From: a virus
Lineage: Duplodnaviria > Heunggongvirae > Uroviricota > Caudoviricetes > Demerecviridae
IMG/VR virus record: IMGVR_UViG_2595698513_000001
Span: 94,745-111,506 of that record
Reading direction: 5' to 3' (one strand)
DNA length: 16,762 bases
The notes under the pieces are model-generated. The model was not told the DNA's origin. It worked only from the letters and a program-made list of their open reading frames with translations, and made no database searches. Below, one piece after another: positions 1 to 6,277 of this stretch. Position 1 is the stretch's first letter; the number at the start of each line of letters is the position of its first letter. A program made the position numbers and the translations under genes.

Positions 1-2
1 CA

Positions 3-758
3 TTGCACTCAAGACGAGCAAAACCTTATACTTTTGCTAATTCTAAAAATTCGGCTACGTTCAGTCTAAGCATTTTAGGTACTCAAAGCTTTGCAGAAGG
101 TGTTTTGTTTGAACTAGCAGGATTAACCAAAATACATAATAGCGTGTATAGTTATGAGGATAATTTAAACATATCTCCAGAGATATGTGACATATTCTTA
201 GTTACTACTGAAGGGGTATACAAAGTAAAAACAGCAGCACTAGAGTCTTTAAGTATATCACTGTCGTTAAGTGAAGCACTTACTTTTGAAACCTCGTTCA
301 CTGCTAGCTCTATAGATAAGGTTCCTAGTATTGATTTAAGTGCAGGAATGGTAGAGCAAGGTACACCCCTAAAACCTACACCTATACAATATAAATTAGA
401 TAATGAGATAAGAAATTCTATTATAAATGCAGGAATCTCGATACAACAAACTATAAGTTGGAGAGAAGACAGATCACTTCATGATGTAGGTAGTTTATAC
501 ATCCCTAAACACCCTGTACTAACAGACAGAAGTTTTGGTATTAATACTAACGTATACTTAAATACCATACACCCAACTCCTGACAAATCTCACTATTCTA
601 ATTTAGAGTTATATAAATCAGGTTTACTATGCTCTATGAAGGATGCATTAGTAACCCATAGAGTTGCCCCTGCTGACGTTTTTACTGAAGCACATGATAT
701 AAGGGTAACAGATCAAACAAATAAAATAATTGTGGAATATGGAGGATATTTAGTATGA
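3..758 (+). CDS. Baseplate tube / minor tail protein (T5 p140-like), 5'-truncated by the window edge
   Basis: Frame is open from the window start. LHSRRAKPYTFANSKNSATFSLSI and SIQQTISWREDRSLHDV resemble T5 p140 as recalled. It lies immediately upstream of the chaperone pair, as in T5. The stop overlaps the next start (ATGA 755-758). Confidence 0.8.
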   Translation: MHSRRAKPYTFANSKNSATFSLSILGTQSFAEGVLFELAGLTKIHNSVYSYEDNLNISPEICDIFLVTTEGVYKVKTAALESLSISLSLSEALTFETSFTASSIDKVPSIDLSAGMVEQGTPLKPTPIQYKLDNEIRNSIINAGISIQQTISWREDRSLHDVGSLYIPKHPVLTDRSFGINTNVYLNTIHPTPDKSHYSNLELYKSGLLCSMKDALVTHRVAPADVFTEAHDIRVTDQTNKIIVEYGGYLV

Positions 759-1165
759 AGCTAAATTTAGCAGCACTAGCACTAGACTCAAAAACATCAG
801 AGTTTGAGTTCCCAGGAATCCCGGGCTTTAAGGTAAAACTCACTTACCTATCAAGAGAAGCTAGACGAAAACTTCAGGATAAGTGTAAGGTACAGAAGTT
901 TGACGATCAGTCAGGGCTACCTTATATGGACTTAGACGTAGACATGTATACTCAAGAGTATGTTAAGTCTGCTATTAATGGATGGTCAGGTCTAACCTTA
1001 AATAAAGTGGCAAAACTTATCTTAATTGATACCAAAGAGGTCGAAGACCCTGATGCAGAAATTGAATTCGATGTGGAGACAGCTATCCAACTAGTAAAAC
1101 TATCTGAGTCTTTTGACAACTGGGTTACTAGTAAGCTGGCGTTGATAGACAACTTTCGAGACTAA
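755..1165 (+). CDS. Tail assembly chaperone (T5 p139-like, lambda gpG analogue)
   Basis: SD GGAGGA at 741-746. 136 aa with LDSKTSEFEFPGIPGFKVKLTYLSR, AINGWSGLT and a C-terminal FDNWV...DNFR pattern matching T5-type chaperones as recalled. Position upstream of the tape measure gene. Confidence 0.85.
   Translation: MKLNLAALALDSKTSEFEFPGIPGFKVKLTYLSREARRKLQDKCKVQKFDDQSGLPYMDLDVDMYTQEYVKSAINGWSGLTLNKVAKLILIDTKEVEDPDAEIEFDVETAIQLVKLSESFDNWVTSKLALIDNFRD
1151..1165 (+). other. Candidate +1 programmed ribosomal frameshift site AAC_TTT_CGA_GAC_TAA
   Basis: TTT (1154-1156) is followed by C, allowing tRNA-Phe to slip to TTC (1155-1157), which is in frame with 1176..1568. The A-site codon is CGA. Confidence 0.6.
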
Positions 1166-1175
1166 ACGACGAAAG

Positions 1176-1568
1176 TTGCTATTCGAAGCTCTAGACAAAT
1201 ACTTCGATAAACAGAATGGTTTCTCAAAAAGTAAGTACCTAAAAATGTGTGCTCAACTAGGAGAGACCCCTGATCCTAAAAGAATCCCAGTAGACTTCTC
1301 TGACTTTCCAAGTCTGGTTAAGGATGCTATAGAAATTTATAACAGACTAGGTGACAGATTTACTAGTACTGATTTGGGTCCTCTATATATCGGGAAAGAT
1401 TTAAATACGCTCGATTTATTTTATAATGTATATCAAATTAATGATATGGAGGATAGAAAATTAGTAATGGAAGTAATACAACACGTAGACAGTAAAATGG
1501 TTAAAAAAGCAGTTAGCAAATGGAACACTGAGGCTAAGAAAATAAAAGCTAAGGCAAAACACCGCTAA
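1176..1568 (+). CDS. Tail assembly chaperone C-terminal part (T5 p138-like, gpT analogue), probably made as a frameshift fusion with 755..1165
   Basis: SKSKYLKMCAQLGETPDPKRIPVDFSDFP and YIGKDL resemble T5 p138 as recalled. The TTG start has no clear SD, and the frame is open from 1149, overlapping the end of the upstream ORF. Confidence 0.8.
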   Translation: MLFEALDKYFDKQNGFSKSKYLKMCAQLGETPDPKRIPVDFSDFPSLVKDAIEIYNRLGDRFTSTDLGPLYIGKDLNTLDLFYNVYQINDMEDRKLVMEVIQHVDSKMVKKAVSKWNTEAKKIKAKAKHR

Positions 1569-1605
1569 CTACTTAACAGAGTCCTCACGGGCATTCCACG
1601 AGCTT

Positions 1606-1634
1606 GCTCTGGGTGTAATGCCCAGAGCTTTTTT
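1606..1634 (+). terminator. Intrinsic terminator after the chaperone genes
   Basis: Stem GCTCTGGG (1606-1613) / CCCAGAGC (1621-1628), loop TGTAATG, followed by T6 (1629-1634). Confidence 0.8.
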
Positions 1635-1649
1635 CGTATGGAGAAAACA

Positions 1650-2408
1650 ATGATTAAAGACCTAAAAACATATATCGAAACCGTGAACAAATCAGCAACA
1701 TCTTCTGTGTCAGGCGCAGAAGACACTAAAGTAGAGTCATTACGACAAGCTACTTTAAAAGGTAGTAAAGTTTTACCACTACTACCTCAAGTAACCTTAC
1801 CAGGAAAGTACACTGATATTCCTTTCCTTCACTTACCTAACGATACTGACGTTATCTTCTCTGTAGGCGGTATCCAGGTACAAAAAGAATTACTAGCAGC
1901 ATCTGCAACTCTAGTAGACGAGACCACAGAAGATGCTAACCCTAATATGGAAGTAGCTCTAGATAAGATTCTTACCTCTCAGGCTAGAATTAAGTTAGAG
2001 AATTATGTGGCAGATAGAATGACTACTCCTACACCAACATCAGGTGCTTCATCTAAGACTTTTGCTACTATTGTAGATACTATTAAGAAGTTCCCTTCTC
2101 AAATGCTTGCTATCGAAGGGCAGTTCCTAGCAGTGGTATCCCCAATGACATACTTTACTATTCTAGGTACTATGGATAATGCGCACCGTGAAATGGTAAA
2201 AGAAGGTATTATCAAACTATTACCTCTTTACGGTATGGATGATAGCTCACTAGTAGTACTACACACACAAGGAGTAGCCTTAGGATTTACTATTTATAGT
2301 CTAGAAAAAGATCGTGAAGCAAGTAAAGGTAAGGACGATTTAATTGTACAAGTTGCAGCAGGCTTTGGATACGATAGAAACTACATCAAACACGTAAAAC
2401 TAAGCTAA
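1650..2408 (+). CDS. Uncharacterised 252-aa protein with HK97-fold (capsid/encapsulin-like) sequence motifs, inserted in the tail module
   Basis: SD GGAGA at 1640-1644 favours ATG 1650 over 1638. The ORF fills the space between the terminator and the tape measure SD, so the CDS itself is solid. The fold call is by eye from motif order (see findings) and needs an HMM or structure check. Confidence 0.65.
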   Translation: MIKDLKTYIETVNKSATSSVSGAEDTKVESLRQATLKGSKVLPLLPQVTLPGKYTDIPFLHLPNDTDVIFSVGGIQVQKELLAASATLVDETTEDANPNMEVALDKILTSQARIKLENYVADRMTTPTPTSGASSKTFATIVDTIKKFPSQMLAIEGQFLAVVSPMTYFTILGTMDNAHREMVKEGIIKLLPLYGMDDSSLVVLHTQGVALGFTIYSLEKDREASKGKDDLIVQVAAGFGYDRNYIKHVKLS

Positions 2409-2423
2409 TAAACGGGAGTTTAT

Positions 2424-5400
2424 ATGGCTAATAAGCTAATAGAAGAACTAATCATCAAGGTGAAGCAGCAAGGTGCTAAACCTACAGAAAAAGCTATTAA
2501 GGGTGTCGGTGACGCCCTTACTGAAGCAAAAACTGCTAATAATGCTTTTAATGCTTCACTTGAACGTTCTCCAAAGATGTTCAAAAAGGTAGAAGAGGCA
2601 GCTAACAGGGCAGCTAAATCTACTAGTAAGATAAACTTTGGGTTTGATTCTAACGCCATACAACGTTCACTAGACGATGTAGTAGAGACATTGCATTCTA
2701 TGTTATCAGAAATACAGGATGTAGATACTACTATTGGTAAGATGAACAATAACATGATACACTCTTTCGATAATCTAGCTAATAGCCTAGGTGCTGACTT
2801 AGAGAGAGTAGAAGATAGTCTTATAGATGTTAGACAAGAAGCTGGTAAAACTAACGACGCGTTAGTAGGCGTAGGTAAAGGTGCCAAAAAAGCCGGGCGT
2901 GGTATGGCTAACCAGAACCGCCAAGGTAGAAACCAGGCACGTACTTTTGCTGATATAGCTAAGTTTGCTGGCCCACTCCCACTACTATATGCTAATATTG
3001 CTGCTAACGTATTCGCTCTTAGTGAAGCTTTTCGTTTAATAACCGAAGGTGAACAACTAAACCGTCTAGAGGAAGTAGGTAAAATAGTAGGTGCTCAGAT
3101 TGGACAGCCTGTTCAATTTACTGCTATGAAGATGCAGGAGCTGACTGGGCATACCCTTAACTATGGTGAAGCCTTGAGAAACGCAGCAGCTGCAGCGTCC
3201 TACGGTTTTGACAGTGAACAAATTGAACAACTAACCATGGCTGCTCGTCGTGCATCTATTGCCTTAGGTGTAGACATGCAGGATGCAATGAACCGTGTAA
3301 TTCGCGGTACGTCTAAGTTAGAAATTGAGCTTTTAGACGAACTTGGTATTACAACTAAGCTTACAACAGCATACGAGCGTTATGCTGAAAAAATAGGGGT
3401 TAGTGCTAATTCTCTTAACTCGTATCAACAACGTGCGGCTTTAGTTACTGAAATCAATGCCCAGTCTGTAGAGAAGTTTGGCGACTTAGATGAAATGCTA
3501 CGCAATGGTGCGCCTTGGGAAACGTTTGGTGCCAATATGGGTACGGCATTCCAAACGTTCTTAAAGAACCTAGCTGAAGCTAGTTCTGGTATGGCTAAGT
3601 TCTTTAATCGTTGGATGTTTGGGGAGAAAATACTATCAGAAGCAAACACCAAAGCGCAGCTATTAGGTGAAACCCTATCAAAAGCTTTTGAGCAAGATAC
3701 TAGGGCTGGTATGATTGGTGGTCTGGTACAAGTGCGAGACCTAACTAAGCAGTACCAAAAAGAACTAGAGGTAGTACTAGCTACTATACAAAATCCGGCT
3801 CCAGGAGAGAAAATAGATGACCTTACTAAAAGAGCGGGGTATCTACGCAGTGCTATAACCAGACTTAAAGTTATGACTAAGGAGTTTTCTGTTGGCTCAG
3901 TAGAAGACTTAGATAGAGCGGATACAGCGTATAGAAATCTTAGCTCTACTGTTAAAGGCACAGTTCAATCATACAACTCTAGTCTTGCTAGTATTCGTGG
4001 GCAATCTGCTTCTTACGAAAAGCTATATTCTGACATAGAGAGTATGAAAAAGGCATACTTTGAGCTTAAAGCTGCTGACCCTGCGTTTGATTCAGCAGAA
4101 GCACTAAAACGTCTAGGATTTGAATCCGAAGCGGCTCTTATTAAGTCGGAAAGGCTAGCTAAACGATATAGGGACACTAACAGAGAACTGGCTATCTTTG
4201 CAAAAACCCAAGCAGAGGCTGAAATTCAGGGACGCTGGTCTGGCAAAGACCCTAACGCAGTAAGACTTACTATTCTAAAACAGCAACGTGAGTTATATAC
4301 TGCCCTATTAGTAGACCAGAGAAGACTCGGGGCGAATGCTACGGAGCAGGCAAAGACAGAAGCTGAAATAGCAAAAATATCTCAACAAGAGTTAAATACT
4401 GAAATAGCACTTGTTAACGAGAAAAATAAACGTCTTAATACGCAGACCCAACTAACTATGGCTGGTCAGCCAGAACTTCTTATTAAGAAAGATTTACTAA
4501 CTAATGAGAGAGCCAGGTTAGCTAATTTACAGCTGATTAGAGGTACTTACCTAGAACAAGAACAGTCTCTTAATAGAATAAAGCAACTAGAAAATGAAAT
4601 ACTAGCTACTCAAACAGCTCAATCAAATCAAATGATGGAGTCTGCTTTAGGTAACTTAGCATCATTCGCTCCTGGTATTGATCAAATGACAAGCTCATTG
4701 AATGGGCTAGCAATGTCATTTAACAATATGGGTCAGTCTAGTATGACTGCTACCCAAATGGTATCTTCAGGACTAACTGCCTTCCAAGGTATGTTGTCAT
4801 ACACATCAAGTCAAGCTATTGGAGCTATTGATCAACAGATAGCTGCTGAGCAAAAACGTGACGGTAAGTCTAAAGAGTCTGTAGCTAAAATAGCAGCTCT
4901 TGAGAAGAAGAAAGTAGAACAACAGAAGAAAGTAGCTAAACAACAAATCCTTATCTCTACTGCGGTAGCGGTAATGAATGCGGCTGCTAACCCTTGGCCT
5001 GTTCCAGCTATCCCGTTAATGGCTTCAGCAGCATTAGCAGGTGGTTTAGCATACCAACAAGCATCTAGTGCAAGTGCTAACTTAGTTTCTGGGGCTACAG
5101 GAGATACTAAGGCTTCTCTAACCTTAGGTGATAGATCTAATCAGGTAGACGTATCTCAGTCAGCTACTCGTGGCGAACTTTCTTATATAAGAAATGAAGG
5201 AGGTACTGGCAGCTTACAATCATTTACTCCTAGAGCAAATGGTGGTATAGGTACTCCGGGCAACAGTATTATAGTAGGCGAAGATGGACCAGAGGTAATT
5301 ACACCACTAGAGCCAGTAAGAGCATACAGTGCTGAGGAATCAGCTGCGGGAGGTAAGGGTGGTTACACCTATGCCCCTCAATTTAATATTGATACTATGG

Positions 5401-5495
5401 ATGCTAGATCATTCTTGGAAAGGAAAGACGATATTATGGCTGCATGGAGAGATTCCGCACAAGAAAACGGCATGAATCCTGACAAGTTATATTAA
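2424..5495 (+). CDS. pb2: Tail tape measure protein (T5 pb2-like)
   Basis: SD GGGAG at 2414-2418. 1023 aa, Ala-rich and helical. N-terminus MANKLIEELIIKVKQQGA, core YGFDSEQIEQLTMAARRASIALGVDMQDAMNRVIRG, AIDQQIAAEQKRDGKS, hydrophobic segment AVAVMNAAANPWPVPAIPLMASAALAGGLA and C-terminal FTPRANGG..VGEDGPEVITP all match T5 pb2 as recalled. Confidence 0.95.
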   Translation: MANKLIEELIIKVKQQGAKPTEKAIKGVGDALTEAKTANNAFNASLERSPKMFKKVEEAANRAAKSTSKINFGFDSNAIQRSLDDVVETLHSMLSEIQDVDTTIGKMNNNMIHSFDNLANSLGADLERVEDSLIDVRQEAGKTNDALVGVGKGAKKAGRGMANQNRQGRNQARTFADIAKFAGPLPLLYANIAANVFALSEAFRLITEGEQLNRLEEVGKIVGAQIGQPVQFTAMKMQELTGHTLNYGEALRNAAAAASYGFDSEQIEQLTMAARRASIALGVDMQDAMNRVIRGTSKLEIELLDELGITTKLTTAYERYAEKIGVSANSLNSYQQRAALVTEINAQSVEKFGDLDEMLRNGAPWETFGANMGTAFQTFLKNLAEASSGMAKFFNRWMFGEKILSEANTKAQLLGETLSKAFEQDTRAGMIGGLVQVRDLTKQYQKELEVVLATIQNPAPGEKIDDLTKRAGYLRSAITRLKVMTKEFSVGSVEDLDRADTAYRNLSSTVKGTVQSYNSSLASIRGQSASYEKLYSDIESMKKAYFELKAADPAFDSAEALKRLGFESEAALIKSERLAKRYRDTNRELAIFAKTQAEAEIQGRWSGKDPNAVRLTILKQQRELYTALLVDQRRLGANATEQAKTEAEIAKISQQELNTEIALVNEKNKRLNTQTQLTMAGQPELLIKKDLLTNERARLANLQLIRGTYLEQEQSLNRIKQLENEILATQTAQSNQMMESALGNLASFAPGIDQMTSSLNGLAMSFNNMGQSSMTATQMVSSGLTAFQGMLSYTSSQAIGAIDQQIAAEQKRDGKSKESVAKIAALEKKKVEQQKKVAKQQILISTAVAVMNAAANPWPVPAIPLMASAALAGGLAYQQASSASANLVSGATGDTKASLTLGDRSNQVDVSQSATRGELSYIRNEGGTGSLQSFTPRANGGIGTPGNSIIVGEDGPEVITPLEPVRAYSAEESAAGGKGGYTYAPQFNIDTMDARSFLERKDDIMAAWRDSAQENGMNPDKLY

Positions 5496-5499
5496 GTAT

Positions 5500-5534
5500 A
5501 ATGGGCTACTGTAATGGTAGCCCATTTTTATTTT
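5500..5534 (+). terminator. Intrinsic terminator after the tape measure gene
   Basis: 10-bp stem AATGGGCTAC (5500-5509) / GTAGCCCATT (5517-5526), loop TGTAATG, then a T-rich tail. It begins 5 nt after the stop codon. Confidence 0.85.
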
Positions 5535-5546
5535 ATAAAATTTGAG

Positions 5547-5574
5547 TTGACTTTAGATTATTTACGTGTATAAT
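5547..5574 (+). promoter_or_regulatory. Sigma70-type promoter for the tail-tip genes
   Basis: -35 TTGACT (5547-5552), 16-nt spacer, perfect -10 TATAAT (5569-5574), with an AT-rich UP-like tract upstream (5524-5543). T5-like phages use host sigma70 RNA polymerase. Confidence 0.7.
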
Positions 5575-5623
5575 TACCTATATAACGAGATGAAGAGATT
5601 CATTATTCCTTTAAAAGACCTAG

Positions 5624-5645
5624 GCCATTCAACGCGTTGAATGGC
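5624..5645. repeat. Perfect 22-bp palindrome GCCATTCAACGCGTTGAATGGC
   Basis: Read directly from the sequence. It ends 4 nt upstream of the SD (GGAG 5650-5653) of the distal tail gene. Confidence 0.9.
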
Positions 5646-5659
5646 ATTTGGAGCACCTA

Positions 5660-6277
5660 ATGGCTATTAGATTACCTGATCCATTCACACATCCTGATGA
5701 AGCACCAGGATTCTTAAAAGCTCCGTTGGTAGATAATGAGCCTATTCTACAAGATGAGCTCCCAAACGGAAAAGTGCTTCAAACAAAAACTTCAGCGCAA
5801 TTCTGGAGTGTTAATATTACATACCCAGAGTTATACGAATTAGAGTATCGTTTGGTTTCTTCTGCGATAAACGAGGCGAAAAGGACTGGGGACTCTATTG
5901 AGTTGATTCTACCTCAGTATGTTAATTTTAGGATACTAGGAGACCTGACTGCATGCTCTATCGCTGCAGGTCAGAAGGGTAGTACTATAGAAATTACTGG
6001 TACCAACTCTCTACAAGGAGCACCTTACCTAGGTGATCTATTTAAACTTAGTACACATCCTAAAGTATATAAGATAACAGGATTTAAGAAAGAAGATAAT
6101 AAATTTATTCTTAATATATATCCAGATTTATTTATAGAGACCACGGGAAATGAAAAACCTGTGTTTAATACTGTACCTCTGCAAGTCAAACTAATGGGTA
6201 GAGAGTCTATCTCCGAAGACGTAAATGCAGATGGTATGTACGAAAATATCAGTTATTCATTTAGGGAGAGCTTATGA
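5660..6277 (+). CDS. pb9: Distal tail protein Dit (T5 pb9-like)
   Basis: SD GGAG at 5650-5653 favours ATG 5660. RLPDP, DELPNGKV, SAQFWSVNITYPEL, AGQKGS, GDLFKLSTHPKVYKIT and terminal RESL match T5 pb9 as recalled. Confidence 0.95.
   Translation: MAIRLPDPFTHPDEAPGFLKAPLVDNEPILQDELPNGKVLQTKTSAQFWSVNITYPELYELEYRLVSSAINEAKRTGDSIELILPQYVNFRILGDLTACSIAAGQKGSTIEITGTNSLQGAPYLGDLFKLSTHPKVYKITGFKKEDNKFILNIYPDLFIETTGNEKPVFNTVPLQVKLMGRESISEDVNADGMYENISYSFRESL

Noticed and set aside
1422-1427. TATAAT inside the chaperone ORF as an internal promoter
   Set aside because: No acceptable -35 or extended -10, TATAAT is expected by chance in AT-rich DNA, and it lies upstream of the terminator anyway.
1638-1649. 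ORF-track start at 1638, and likewise 5648 and 9102
   Set aside because: SD position or homologue N-termini favour ATG 1650, 5660 and 9114.
1650-2408. Calling this ORF the phage's true major capsid protein
   Set aside because: T5-like capsid proteins are much longer, carry a scaffold domain and lie in the head module upstream. This ORF is short and sits in the tail module.
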